64,000 nt of DNA from an uncultured Actinomycetes bacterium (GTDB taxonomy: Bacteria > Actinomycetota > UBA4738 > HRBIN12), in assembly GCA_963704885.1 (NCBI GenBank), contig CAVPIB010000001.1:704001-768000 (forward strand), given 5' to 3'. Both the position numbers and the translations under genes were made by a program. The first letter of the stretch is position 1. Each line of letters starts with the position of its first letter. Of the stretch, positions 9,803 through 19,515 are shown piece by piece. The notes beneath the pieces were generated by a model. It saw only the letters and a program-made list of their open reading frames with translations. It did no database searches and was not told where the DNA came from.

Positions 9803-10339
9803 GTGAGGTCGATGCTTCGCCGACCCGCGGTCGCTCCGATCTTGGCCTTGCTGGTGATGGCGCTCGCCTGTACGGATGGGGGTGACGCCTCAGGCGATCC
9901 GCTCGGCGCGAAACGTATAAGCTCCCCGGCTCCGCCACTCGCCGGAGACGATCTGGACGGTGGGTCCATCGCGCTGGTGGACCTTAAGGGCGATGTCGTC
10001 GTGGTGAACTTCTGGGCCACCTGGTGCACTCCCTGCCGCGACGAGCAACCCGCGCTGGAGCGGGTCCATCGGGAGTACGAGGATCGAGGCGTCGAGTTTC
10101 TGGGCGTCGACGAGCGCGACGATCTGGCCGCGGCCCGCGCCTGGGTGGATGAGTTCGATGTGACCTACCCGAGCATCCAGGATCCCTCCGGGGCGTGGGC
10201 GGACGACTTCGGGCTCTTCGGCTACCCGGACACATTCGTGATCGATGCCACGGGGACGATCCGGTGGGCCGTCTACGGGCAGGTGGGCGAGGAGCAGCTA
10301 CGACAGCTGATCGATCTGACCCTGGCGGCGCGGGACTGA
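9803..10339 (+). CDS. TlpA/ResA-family thiol:disulfide oxidoreductase (lipoprotein)
   Basis: Lipobox ALAC; VNFWATWCTPCRDE; YPDTF. Confidence 0.9.
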   Translation: MRSMLRRPAVAPILALLVMALACTDGGDASGDPLGAKRISSPAPPLAGDDLDGGSIALVDLKGDVVVVNFWATWCTPCRDEQPALERVHREYEDRGVEFLGVDERDDLAAARAWVDEFDVTYPSIQDPSGAWADDFGLFGYPDTFVIDATGTIRWAVYGQVGEEQLRQLIDLTLAARD

Positions 10340-10349
10340 CCCGCCTAGA

Positions 10350-12167
10350 TCAGCCGGCCACGACCAGGGCGTCCACCGCCACGGCCCCGAAGAGCGCCGC
10401 CAGATAGACGATCGAGTACGTGAACACTCCCCATGCGCGAGCGGCTCCTGCGTCGCGCCACAGGCGGAGCGTTCTGTAGACGAAGACACCGCCCAGTACG
10501 ACGGCCGTTCCCAGATAGATGGGGCCCATGCGTCCAACCGGATACAGGAGAAGCGTCGTGCCGAAGAGCAGGAGCGAGTACAAGAAGATCTGGCGGCGCG
10601 TCTCGTCCTCGCCTCGCACCACGGGCAGCATGGGCACCCCCGCGGCGGCGTAGTCCCCGGCGTATCGCATCGAAAGGGCCCAGAAATGCGGCGGCGTCCA
10701 CACGAAGATGATCGCGAACAGGACCCACGCGGGCGCGGCAAGCGATCCGGTGACGGCAGCCCACCCAACCAGGGCCGGCACCGCGCCCGCCGCTCCACCG
10801 ATCACGATGTTCTGAGCCGTCGTTCGCTTCAGCCACATCGTGTACACGAACACGTAGAAGGCGATCGCGGACAGCGCCAGGGTTGCCGCCAGCACGTTCA
10901 CCGTGATCGACAGGAAGAAGTACGAGATACCGCCGAGCACGAAACCGAATCGGAGCGCGTCCGGCGGCGCGATCGTGTGAGCCGGGAGAGGACGCCGGCG
11001 GGTGCGGCGCATCAGCTGGTCGATGTCGCGGTCGAGATACATGTTGATGGCGTTCGCCGATCCAGCCGCCACCGTGCCCCCGAGCAGGGTGGCGAGGATC
11101 AGCCAGATCGAGGGCATGCCCTGAGAGGCGAGGATCATCGCCGGCACGGTGGTGATGAGCAGCAGCACGATGATCCGTGGTTTCGTGAGCTGGACGTACG
11201 CGGTGACCGTGTCGCGCAACGACCCTCCCGGTGGCGACGGCTGCTCGCCCGTCGCCTGCGCCGGTTCGCTCGCGCTCATCGCGAGCCTGCGCGACACGCC
11301 CGCCAGAGCCACGAGCGCCGACCAGATGAGGACCGAGAGCGCAACGTGGAGCACCACCGTCCAAGGCCGCAGGCGGAAGAAGACATTCAGCGCCCCCGAC
11401 GCGATCTGAGCTGCGAACAGACCCAGCGCCAGCGAGGAGAGCCACACGAGTTCCCCAGATCGCTCGATCATCGTTCGCGCCCTGATCGCCACCCAGAGCA
11501 CCATCACGGCTACCGCCGCCGCAAGGATCCGATGCACGAACATCGCGGTCGCCGCTCCCCCCAGCGCCGGCACGAGCCGTCCGTCCATCAGCGGCCAGTC
11601 CGTGAACGCGAGACCGGCGGCGGTCGCGCGGACGTACGTACCCACCAGAAGCAAGGCGCCCGTCGCGCCTGTTACGACCAACGCCAGTCGCGCGAACGCT
11701 TGGCCCTCGCGCGTCGCGCGGCCGGCTCCCCGCGGCCGTTCGACCAGGAACGCGTTCACTGCCACGACGATCACGTCTGCCACGAACGCCAAGGCTACGG
11801 CGAAGTGAGCCGTGACCCACCAGGGGTTCAGCTCGGTGTTCACCACGACGCCGCCGAGGACAGCTTGTCCCAAGACGAGCGGGATCGCGGCGAGCGCAGG
11901 CCACACGATCGACGGGACGGTCCGGTATCGCCTCCAAGCGACGGCCGCGGTCGCCACCACGAGCACGGTCACGACGAACACCAGGAAGCGGTGCGAGAAC
12001 TCGATGAAGGAGTGGATGCTGCCCGATGGGAACAGCCTGCCCGGCTCGCAGTTAGGCCAGGTGGAGCACCCGAGTCCGGAGCCGGTTCCGCGAACCAGCC
12101 CGCCCACGGTGAACAGCGCGATCGTGGCGGCAGCAGTGGCGACGGCGAGCTTCTGGAAGCGGGTCAT
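10350..12167 (-). CDS. Fused heme A synthase (CtaA/COX15) and heme O synthase (CtaB)
   Basis: Likely start MTRFQKL at 12167. N-half: GLGCSTWPNC, IEFSHR, TAHF, FVHR, VLHV. C-half: LTKPRI, NMYLDRDIDQLMRRTRRRP, WTPPHFWAL. Confidence 0.9.
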   Translation of the reverse strand: MTRFQKLAVATAAATIALFTVGGLVRGTGSGLGCSTWPNCEPGRLFPSGSIHSFIEFSHRFLVFVVTVLVVATAAVAWRRYRTVPSIVWPALAAIPLVLGQAVLGGVVVNTELNPWWVTAHFAVALAFVADVIVVAVNAFLVERPRGAGRATREGQAFARLALVVTGATGALLLVGTYVRATAAGLAFTDWPLMDGRLVPALGGAATAMFVHRILAAAVAVMVLWVAIRARTMIERSGELVWLSSLALGLFAAQIASGALNVFFRLRPWTVVLHVALSVLIWSALVALAGVSRRLAMSASEPAQATGEQPSPPGGSLRDTVTAYVQLTKPRIIVLLLITTVPAMILASQGMPSIWLILATLLGGTVAAGSANAINMYLDRDIDQLMRRTRRRPLPAHTIAPPDALRFGFVLGGISYFFLSITVNVLAATLALSAIAFYVFVYTMWLKRTTAQNIVIGGAAGAVPALVGWAAVTGSLAAPAWVLFAIIFVWTPPHFWALSMRYAGDYAAAGVPMLPVVRGEDETRRQIFLYSLLLFGTTLLLYPVGRMGPIYLGTAVVLGGVFVYRTLRLWRDAGAARAWGVFTYSIVYLAALFGAVAVDALVVAG

Positions 12168-12233
12168 CTCAGATGGCGGGTTGCGCCCGGCCCATGATAT
12201 AGACCGGGCGGCCGAGCCGGGCTTGCGATACTG

Positions 12234-13109
12234 GTGCCGATGGCTGCCCATCCGATCGCCGCTTTGTCGCCCACGCTGCTCGAGCAGCGTGATCGGCTCG
12301 AAGGTGTTCTGCGCGCGTTCCTGATCGAGGTCCGTGCCGAGGCAGCCATGATCGCGGCGGACGCCGCGCTCCCGATCGACGAGGTGATCCGGCTGGTCGA
12401 GGCGGGCGGCAAACGACTTCGCCCGGCCTTCTGCTACTGGGGGTTCCGGGCCGCCGGGGGTCGGGGGGAGGAGCAGATCGCTCTGGCGGCTGCCGCGATG
12501 GAGCTGCTCCACACCATGGCCCTCATCCACGATGACCTCATGGACGCCACGCCCGAGCGACGGGGTGTGCCGTCCAGCGCCCAACATCTATCGGACGAGG
12601 CGCGCAGGCGTGGCACGCCCGATCCCGAAGGCACGGGTCGCTCACTGGCGATCCTCGCCGGGGACCTCGCCGCCGTTCTGGCCGATCGAGCGTTGTTGAC
12701 CGCGGGGTTCGACCCCGGCGTCCTGCTCCCGGCGCTCGATCGCTACCACCGGATGCGCGAGGACATGGCCCTCGGTCAGTGCCTGGACGTGCTGGGCACG
12801 GAAGGGCCCGGGTTGCCGGTCGTGGCCGCGCTCAAGGGCGGGTCCTACACCGTGGAGGGGCCGCTCGCGATCGGCGCCATGCTGGCCGGCGCCGGCCAAC
12901 CGACGCTGGATACCTTGGCGGCCTACGGACGACCCCTTGGTCTCGCGTTCCAGGTCCGGGACGATGAGCGGGACGGCGACGCCGCTCCCGTCCCGGGACG
13001 CGTGGCCTCATTGGTGGCCGACGCCAAGGCCGCGCTCGACCCTTCGGACCTGGATCCGGCAGCCTCAGACGTGCTGAAAGTGCTCGCCGACCTTGTGCGG
13101 GCCTCATGA
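12234..13109 (+). CDS. Polyprenyl diphosphate synthase (short-chain type)
   Basis: GGKRLRP, LIHDDLMD, RRG, GDL, AFQVRDD; short C-terminus. Confidence 0.85.
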   Translation: MPMAAHPIAALSPTLLEQRDRLEGVLRAFLIEVRAEAAMIAADAALPIDEVIRLVEAGGKRLRPAFCYWGFRAAGGRGEEQIALAAAAMELLHTMALIHDDLMDATPERRGVPSSAQHLSDEARRRGTPDPEGTGRSLAILAGDLAAVLADRALLTAGFDPGVLLPALDRYHRMREDMALGQCLDVLGTEGPGLPVVAALKGGSYTVEGPLAIGAMLAGAGQPTLDTLAAYGRPLGLAFQVRDDERDGDAAPVPGRVASLVADAKAALDPSDLDPAASDVLKVLADLVRAS

Positions 13110-13537
13110 GCGCCGACCTCGAGATCTTTCGACGCGCGTTCCGCGACGTCTCGGATTGCAGGCTGGCCACGATCGATCCGGCCGGAGCCCCGCATGTCGC
13201 CCCTCGCTGGTTCGTTTGGCTGGAGGACGGCTTGTTCGTCGCGACCAGACGCCTGGATACCAGCTGGTCCAACGTCGAGCGCGACCCGAGGGTATCCGTG
13301 GTGGTCGACCAGGGCCGGGACTGGAACGATCTGGCGGGAGTCCGAGTCGACGGTGCCGCCGAGGCGATCCCTGCCGAGCATCCGGAGATCAGGGGCGTCA
13401 TGTCCGCCTGGCATGAGAAGTACCGATCGCTGGTGTCGGGGGACGGGTTCGAGCGCTTCACCCAACAGGTGGTAGGCCTCGGATTCCTCCGCGTAGAGGC
13501 CAGCGCCGTACATGCGTGGGATCACAGGCCCCGCTGA
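13106..13537 (+). CDS. Pyridoxamine 5'-phosphate oxidase-like (split barrel) protein
   Basis: LATIDPAGAPHVAPRWF...NVERDPRVSVVVD pattern. Confidence 0.8.
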   Translation: MSADLEIFRRAFRDVSDCRLATIDPAGAPHVAPRWFVWLEDGLFVATRRLDTSWSNVERDPRVSVVVDQGRDWNDLAGVRVDGAAEAIPAEHPEIRGVMSAWHEKYRSLVSGDGFERFTQQVVGLGFLRVEASAVHAWDHRPR

Positions 13538-13582
13538 TGGCCCGGGGGATTGTTCGCCCGACGGGGCCGGGCGTAGGCTGCT

Positions 13583-13600
13583 TTGTGAAGCCGTTCACAT
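13583..13600. promoter_or_regulatory. Rex-like operator (first of a tandem pair)
   Basis: TTGTGAA-GCCG-TTCACAT. Confidence 0.85.
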
Positions 13601-13616
13601 GCGGGGTAGCCTGACT

Positions 13617-13634
13617 TTGTGAATCTGTTCACAA
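13617..13634. promoter_or_regulatory. Rex operator (perfect consensus)
   Basis: TTGTGAA-TCTG-TTCACAA, about 20 bp upstream of the menJ-like gene; a TAGCCT -10-like hexamer (13607-13612) lies between the two boxes. Confidence 0.9.
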
Positions 13635-13653
13635 GCGCGATAAGGGGGAGCGC

Positions 13654-14898
13654 GTGAACCAGATCGAGACGGATGTCCTCGTCGTTGGCGCGGGCCCGGG
13701 TGGGTCTGCCACGGCGTATCACCTCGCTCGTCACGGCATAGACGTCACGCTCGTCGAGCGGTCCGCGTTCCCACGGGAGAAGGTGTGCGGCGACGGGCTG
13801 ACGCCCCGCGGCGTGGCGGCCGTGCTGAAGATGGGGGTCGACCCCGACGACCCGCGGTTCGAGCGCGCGAAGGGTCTGCGCGTCTACTCGCGGGACGCCA
13901 TGATCGAGCTCCCGTGGCCCGAGCTCTCGAGCTGGCCCGACTACGGGCTCGTCATGACGCGCCACGACTTCGATCACATCCTTGCCGAGCGGGCTCAGAA
14001 GGCGGGCGCGCGCTTGATGGAGCGAACCGAGGCGGTGCAGCCTGCGCTGATCGATGGATGGGTGCGTGGCGCCACCATCCGCTCGGTCGAAGACGCAGAT
14101 GCGGAGCCGATCGAAGTCCGCTCGCGCTTCGTGATCGCCTGCGATGGCGCCGCCTCGAGGTTCGCGAAGCCGGCTGGGGTCGTGCGTGACCCGGGCCGGC
14201 CGCTCGGGATCGCCGCCCGGCGTTACTACCGCACCGACTACCACCCGGGGCCATGGCTCGAGTCTTGGCTGGATCTGTGGGAAGGGGACCTGCTGCTCCC
14301 TGGCTACGGATGGTTGTTCCCGGTCGCGGGCGGCACGATAAATCTAGGAGCGGGCCTCCTCAATACGTTCAAGAACTTCAAGGATGTCTCCGCGCAACGC
14401 CTCTTCAACGCTTTCGCCACCATGCTCCCAGCGTCCTTCGGGATCTCGGAAGACTCGGCCGAGGGCCGGATGCTCTCGGGGCCGCTCCCGATGAGCTTGA
14501 ACCGGTCGCCGCAGGCCGTCCCGGGGATGCTGCTGGTGGGCGACGCTGCGGGGGCCGTGAACCCCTTCAACGGAGAAGGTATCGCCTACGCCATGGAGAC
14601 GGGTGAGATCGCCGCGGATCTGGTTCACGAGGCGCTCGTCAAGGATCGACCGGGGATCGCGATGATGTACCCGGCGGTCCTGCGGGAACGCTACGCGCGC
14701 TACTTCAGGATCGGCCGAGGCTTCGCTCGAGCCGTGGGCAAGCCCTCGATCATGGGCCTCGCGACCCGCTTCATGTTGCCTCGACCCGTGGTCATGAACT
14801 TCGCGCTCCGCGTGATGGGCAACTTGAGCGACGGGCGGGACGGGGACATGCAGGACAGGCTCTTCCATCTGCTGGAACGGCTCGCGAAGGCGTCTTGA
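13654..14898 (+). CDS. menJ: Geranylgeranyl reductase family protein, probable menaquinone reductase
   Basis: VVGAGPGGS, FPREKVCGDGLTPR, GYGWLFP, GDAAGAVNPFNGEGIAYAME; directly upstream of nuoA as in other actinobacteria. Confidence 0.8.
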   Translation: MNQIETDVLVVGAGPGGSATAYHLARHGIDVTLVERSAFPREKVCGDGLTPRGVAAVLKMGVDPDDPRFERAKGLRVYSRDAMIELPWPELSSWPDYGLVMTRHDFDHILAERAQKAGARLMERTEAVQPALIDGWVRGATIRSVEDADAEPIEVRSRFVIACDGAASRFAKPAGVVRDPGRPLGIAARRYYRTDYHPGPWLESWLDLWEGDLLLPGYGWLFPVAGGTINLGAGLLNTFKNFKDVSAQRLFNAFATMLPASFGISEDSAEGRMLSGPLPMSLNRSPQAVPGMLLVGDAAGAVNPFNGEGIAYAMETGEIAADLVHEALVKDRPGIAMMYPAVLRERYARYFRIGRGFARAVGKPSIMGLATRFMLPRPVVMNFALRVMGNLSDGRDGDMQDRLFHLLERLAKAS

Positions 14899-14923
14899 AG
14901 ACCATGGAAGTAGGATGCCGCCC

Positions 14924-15358
14924 GTGCTGAGCGAGTACCTGCCGATACTGGTTCTGGCGGCGCTCGCGTTCGTCTTCGCGGTGGCGTCGCTCGCCGCCTC
15001 GTCAGCCTTGCGCCCCAACCATCCGGATCCCGTGAAGCTCTCCGCTTACGAGTGCGGTAACGACCCGGTCCGGCTTCCGCGAGGCGAGCGATTCTCGGTG
15101 AAGTTCTACGTTGTCGCGATGCTCTTCATCATCTTCGACATCGAGACGATCTTCCTCTTCCCGTGGGCGGTGTCGTTCCGCCAACTCGGCATGTTCGGCC
15201 TCGTGGAGATGGCCATCTTCATCGCCCTCGTGTTCGTTGCTTATGTGTACGTGTGGCGTAAGGGCGGACTGGACTGGTCGAGCGCGTCCGTGACCGCGGT
15301 CGAGGCGTCCGCCGAGACAGAGGCGGAGGCTCCCAAGGAGGTCGTCGGTGCCGGTTGA
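14924..15358 (+). CDS. nuoA: NADH-quinone oxidoreductase subunit A
   Basis: [23 protein letters not shown]; GTG 14924 lies 7 nt after TAGGAT (alternative start 14915). Confidence 0.93.
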   Translation: MLSEYLPILVLAALAFVFAVASLAASSALRPNHPDPVKLSAYECGNDPVRLPRGERFSVKFYVVAMLFIIFDIETIFLFPWAVSFRQLGMFGLVEMAIFIALVFVAYVYVWRKGGLDWSSASVTAVEASAETEAEAPKEVVGAG

Positions 15359-15866
15359 GCGGATCGAAGGACTCCATACGGGATCGACGCCAGAGGAGAT
15401 CGAGGAGGAGGTCCAGCGCGGGATCTTGCTGACGTCGCTCGATCGGGCCGTGGGGTGGGCCCGCAAGCAGTCGATGTGGCCGGCGACGTTCGGTTTGGCG
15501 TGTTGCGCGATCGAGATGATGTCGACGGGCGCAGGGCAGTACGACCTGTCGCGCTGGGGGATGGAGTTGTTCCGGGGTTCCCCGCGTCAGGCGGATCTGA
15601 TGATCGTGGCCGGCAGGGTCTCGCAGAAGATGGCGCCGGTCCTTCGCCGGATCTACGACCAGATGCCCGAGCCGCGGTGGGTCATCTCGATGGGCGTGTG
15701 CGCGTCGGCCGGCGGCATGTTCACCAACTACGCGATCGTCCAAGGCGTGGACACCATCGTCCCGGTCGATGTCTACGTTCCGGGTTGTCCTCCCAAACCG
15801 GAGATGTTGATGCACGGCATCCTGAAGCTGCAGGAGAAAGTCCGGACCGAGGGGACGTTCAAGTGA
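15348..15866 (+). CDS. nuoB: NADH-quinone oxidoreductase subunit B
   Basis: [31 protein letters not shown]. Confidence 0.95.
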   Translation: MPVERIEGLHTGSTPEEIEEEVQRGILLTSLDRAVGWARKQSMWPATFGLACCAIEMMSTGAGQYDLSRWGMELFRGSPRQADLMIVAGRVSQKMAPVLRRIYDQMPEPRWVISMGVCASAGGMFTNYAIVQGVDTIVPVDVYVPGCPPKPEMLMHGILKLQEKVRTEGTFK

Positions 15867-16363
15867 CGCCCGCTGAGCTGACCGACCGGCTTCGGGGGCG
15901 ATTCGCGGACGTGCTCCTGGCTCGCGACGAGGTCACCGTCATCGTGGACCGGGACGATGTACCCGCGACCCTCGTCGCGCTTCGCGAAGACCCGGATCTT
16001 TCGTTCGACTTCCTCTCGTGCCTGACGGCTACGGACCGGCCTGACGCCGACCCTCGCTTCTGGGTCGTGTACGAGCTCCGTTCGATGGAGGCGAACCATC
16101 GCCTCCGCGTTAAGGCGGGAGCCCCCGATGCCGACCCGCGCGTTCCTTCCGTGACGGACCTGTTCCCCACGGCCAACTGGCAGGAGCGCGAGGTATTCGA
16201 CTTCTTCGGCGTCGTCTTCGAGGGCCACCCGGATCTGACCAGGATCCTGCTCCCCGATGATTGGGAGGGCCATCCCCTCCGCAAGGACGAAGAGCTCGGA
16301 GGTGTGAACACCCGTTTCCACGGAGCGTTCATCCCGCCCGTCGACCAGCGCACGACGATCTAG
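15863..16363 (+). CDS. nuoC: NADH-quinone oxidoreductase subunit C
   Basis: GTG 15863; [13 protein letters not shown]...[22 protein letters not shown]. Confidence 0.93.
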   Translation: MTPAELTDRLRGRFADVLLARDEVTVIVDRDDVPATLVALREDPDLSFDFLSCLTATDRPDADPRFWVVYELRSMEANHRLRVKAGAPDADPRVPSVTDLFPTANWQEREVFDFFGVVFEGHPDLTRILLPDDWEGHPLRKDEELGGVNTRFHGAFIPPVDQRTTI

Positions 16364-16367
16364 AGCG

Positions 16368-17636
16368 ATGCAGGGAACGCCGACCGACGCCCCGCTCCGC
16401 GGCTCCTCCGGAGAGATCCGGCAGGAGACCATGATCGTCAACATGGGCCCGCAGCACCCTTCGACGCACGGCGTACTGCGGCTCCTCTTGGAACTCGACG
16501 GCGAAACGGTGATCACCTGCAAGCCGATCGTCGGATACCTGCACACCGGCATCGAGAAGAACACCGAGTACCGGACGTGGATGCAGGGCATCACCTACGT
16601 CACGCGCGCCGATTACTTGTCGCCTTTCTTCAACGAGCTCGGGTACTGCCTGGCTGTCGAGCGCTTGCTGGGGATCGAGGCCCCGGCGCGCGCGCAGGTG
16701 ATCCGCGTCCTGTTCTGCGAGCTGAACCGCATCTCCTCACACCTGGTGTGGCTGGCGACCGCTGGCCTCGAGCTGGGCGCGGTGAGCGTGATGCTCTACG
16801 GCTTCCGCGAGCGCGAGGTCCTCATGGACGTCTTCGAGTCGGTCACGGGGCTCCGCATGAACCACGCCTACTTCCGGATCGGCGGCGTGATCATGGATAT
16901 CCACGACGAAGGCGTAAAGAAGATCCACGACTTCCTGCGTGTGATGCCGGGCAGGATCGACGAGTTCGAGTCGTTGTTGTCCGAGAACCCGATCTGGATC
17001 CAGCGCAATCAAGGGGTGGGCGTGCTCACGTCCGAGGACGCCTTGGCCCTGGGCGTCACCGGCCCTATGTTGCGTGCGGCGGGCGTGTCCGCGGACCTTC
17101 GGAAGGACATGCCCTACTCCGGCTACGAGACATACGACTTCGACGTTCCCGTGCGGACCGAGGCCGACTCCTATGCCCGCTATGCCGTCCGGATGGACGA
17201 GATGCGGGAGTCCATGCGGATCGTGGAGCAGTGTCTGGAGCGCCTCGACGAGCCGGGACCGGTGATGGTCGAGGATCCGAAGGTGGCGTGGCCGGCCCAG
17301 CTCGAGGTCGGTCCGGACGGCATCGGTAACTCGACGGCTTACGTCCGACACATCATGGAGGAGTCCATGGAGGCGCTCATCCACCATTTCAAGATGGTGA
17401 CCCACGGCGTAGAGGTGCCCGCCGGAGAGGTCTACCAGGCCGTGGAGTCGCCGCGGGGAGAGCTCGGTTTCTACGTGGTCTCGGACGGTGGACACACGCC
17501 GTACCGCGTGAAGATCCGCGATCCCTCGTTCGTCAACCTGCAGTCGACCCCGCTCATGGTCGAGGGGCACCTGATCGCCGACGCGATCGCCTCGATCGCC
17601 AGTCTGGATCCCGTCATGGGGGGCGTCGACCGCTGA
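16368..17636 (+). CDS. nuoD: NADH-quinone oxidoreductase subunit D
   Basis: [39 protein letters not shown]. Confidence 0.96.
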   Translation: MQGTPTDAPLRGSSGEIRQETMIVNMGPQHPSTHGVLRLLLELDGETVITCKPIVGYLHTGIEKNTEYRTWMQGITYVTRADYLSPFFNELGYCLAVERLLGIEAPARAQVIRVLFCELNRISSHLVWLATAGLELGAVSVMLYGFREREVLMDVFESVTGLRMNHAYFRIGGVIMDIHDEGVKKIHDFLRVMPGRIDEFESLLSENPIWIQRNQGVGVLTSEDALALGVTGPMLRAAGVSADLRKDMPYSGYETYDFDVPVRTEADSYARYAVRMDEMRESMRIVEQCLERLDEPGPVMVEDPKVAWPAQLEVGPDGIGNSTAYVRHIMEESMEALIHHFKMVTHGVEVPAGEVYQAVESPRGELGFYVVSDGGHTPYRVKIRDPSFVNLQSTPLMVEGHLIADAIASIASLDPVMGGVDR

Positions 17637-18229
17637 TGGCTCTGTTCGAAGCAGGCACGCTCGATGAGGCGCGGTCGATCATGGCGCGATATCCAGTGGG
17701 GCGCGAGCGCTCGGCCGTGATGCCGCTGCTCTATCTGGCGCAGTCGATCGAGGGACGCGTGACGCGCGAGGGGCTGCGTGAGATCGCGGGACTGCTCGGG
17801 TTGACCACCGCCGAGGTCGAGGCCGTCGCCAGTTTCTACACCATGATCCGGCTGCGCCCGACGGGCCGGCACGTGATCTCGGTCTGCACGAACCTGTCCT
17901 GCGCACTGCGGGGAGCCAAGGACGTCTACGAGGCCGCACATCGAGCCGCCGGCATCCCTCACGGGCAGGAGCTCTCGGACGACCAGGTCATCACCCTGCA
18001 CGAGGAGGAGTGCCTGGGCGCGTGCGAGAAGGCTCCGGTCGTATCGGTCGACTTCGTCTATCACGACGACGTGAGTCCGGAGCGCATGGCCGAGATGGTT
18101 GAAGTGCTGCGCCGGGGCGAGGTGCCCTCGCCGTCGCGAGGCGAAGCTATCGCGGACTTCCGCGCCGCCTCACGGGTGCTGGCGGGATTCGAGCCAGATC
18201 ACGAGCCGAAGCACGAGGTGAACGCGTGA
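17636..18229 (+). CDS. nuoE: NADH-quinone oxidoreductase subunit E
   Basis: VASFYTM, CTNLSC...ECLGAC 2Fe-2S ligands. Confidence 0.94.
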   Translation: MALFEAGTLDEARSIMARYPVGRERSAVMPLLYLAQSIEGRVTREGLREIAGLLGLTTAEVEAVASFYTMIRLRPTGRHVISVCTNLSCALRGAKDVYEAAHRAAGIPHGQELSDDQVITLHEEECLGACEKAPVVSVDFVYHDDVSPERMAEMVEVLRRGEVPSPSRGEAIADFRAASRVLAGFEPDHEPKHEVNA

Positions 18230-19515
18230 GCCTCGCATTCGAACGCGTGATCACCGCCAACTGGGGCGACGAGGCTGTCCGGTCGCTGGATGGCTACGTG
18301 GCGAAGGGGGGCTACTCAGCACTACGGAAGGCGCTCGGGATGCCACCGGAAGACGTGATCGAGGTCGTGAAGGACTCCGGCCTCCGCGGCCGCGGAGGCG
18401 CCGGGTTCCCGACCGGGATGAAGTGGTCGTTCGTGCCGCAGGACACGGGCAAGCCCACCTACGTCACGGTGAACTTCGACGAATCCGAGCCCGGAACTTG
18501 CAACAACCGCGAGCTGGTGGAGCGTGAGCCGCACCAGATGCTCGAGGGCGCCATGATCGCGGCCTACGCGATCCGGTGTCACACGGTATTCGTCTACTGC
18601 CGTGGCGAGTTCCTGTGGCCGGGCACGGTCGTGCAACGCGCGATCACCGAGCTCTACGCGAAGGGCTATGCCGGCGAGGGCATCCTGGGGTCTGACTACG
18701 ACCTCGACGTCGTCCTGCACCGCGGCGCCGGGGCGTACATCTGCGGTGAGGAGACCGCGCTGCTCTCGTCGCTCGAGGGATTCCGCGGGCAACCACGGTT
18801 GCGGCCGCCGTTCCCCGCCGTCGAGGGTCTCTACTCGTCGCCGACGGTGATCAACAACGTCGAGACGCTCTGCAACGTCCCGCACATCGTCAACCGAGGC
18901 GCCGACTGGTTCAAGAGCCAGGGGACCGAGAAGGCGCCCGGCACGAAGATGTTCACGATCTCGGGCAAGGTCGAAAGTCCCGGGAACTATGAATTGCCGC
19001 TCGGTACTCCGTTCCGCGTGTTGCTCCAGGAGTACGGCGGCGGTGTTCTCCATGGGAAGGCGCTCAAGGCCTGGACGCCCGGCGGATCGTCAACGCCGAT
19101 GCTGACCGCCGATCACCTGGATGTCGGCCTGGACTTCGAGTCGATCGCGGCAGCCGGGTCGTTGCTCGGGACGGGGGCCGTCATGGTCATGGACCAAGAC
19201 GACTGCGTCGTGGAGGCTGCGCGCAGGTTGGTGGCGTTCTACGCGCACGAGTCCTGCGGCAAGTGCACGCCCTGTCGCGAGGGAACGTGGTGGGCGGCGC
19301 GGGTGCTGGGTCGCATCGAGGACGGCTACGGTCGCCCGGAGGATCTCCCACTCCTGGGCGAGGTCGGACAGAACATCTTGTTCCGGGCGTTCTGCGCCCT
19401 GGCCGACGGGGCGGTCTCGCCCATCTCGTCGACGCTGCAGCACTTCATGGGCGAGTTCGAAGAGCATGTGAGGCTCGGGCGCTGCCCCCTCGATCCGCAG
19501 GAGGTCGCGTCGTGA
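18226..19515 (+). CDS. nuoF: NADH-quinone oxidoreductase subunit F
   Basis: SGLRGRGGAGFPTGMKW, GAGAYICGEETAL, ESCGKCTPCREG. Confidence 0.96.
   Translation: MSLAFERVITANWGDEAVRSLDGYVAKGGYSALRKALGMPPEDVIEVVKDSGLRGRGGAGFPTGMKWSFVPQDTGKPTYVTVNFDESEPGTCNNRELVEREPHQMLEGAMIAAYAIRCHTVFVYCRGEFLWPGTVVQRAITELYAKGYAGEGILGSDYDLDVVLHRGAGAYICGEETALLSSLEGFRGQPRLRPPFPAVEGLYSSPTVINNVETLCNVPHIVNRGADWFKSQGTEKAPGTKMFTISGKVESPGNYELPLGTPFRVLLQEYGGGVLHGKALKAWTPGGSSTPMLTADHLDVGLDFESIAAAGSLLGTGAVMVMDQDDCVVEAARRLVAFYAHESCGKCTPCREGTWWAARVLGRIEDGYGRPEDLPLLGEVGQNILFRAFCALADGAVSPISSTLQHFMGEFEEHVRLGRCPLDPQEVAS

Noticed and set aside
10345-12197. Long alternative ORFs (530 aa and 503 aa) over ctaAB, and similar ones over the nuo genes
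   Set aside because: Arg/Gly/Pro-rich shadow frames expected in high-GC DNA; they overlap well-supported genes and have no motifs.
12168-12587. 140-aa N-terminal extension of the ctaAB ORF
   Set aside because: Overlaps the divergent prenyl synthase; CtaA similarity starts at MTRFQKL (12167).
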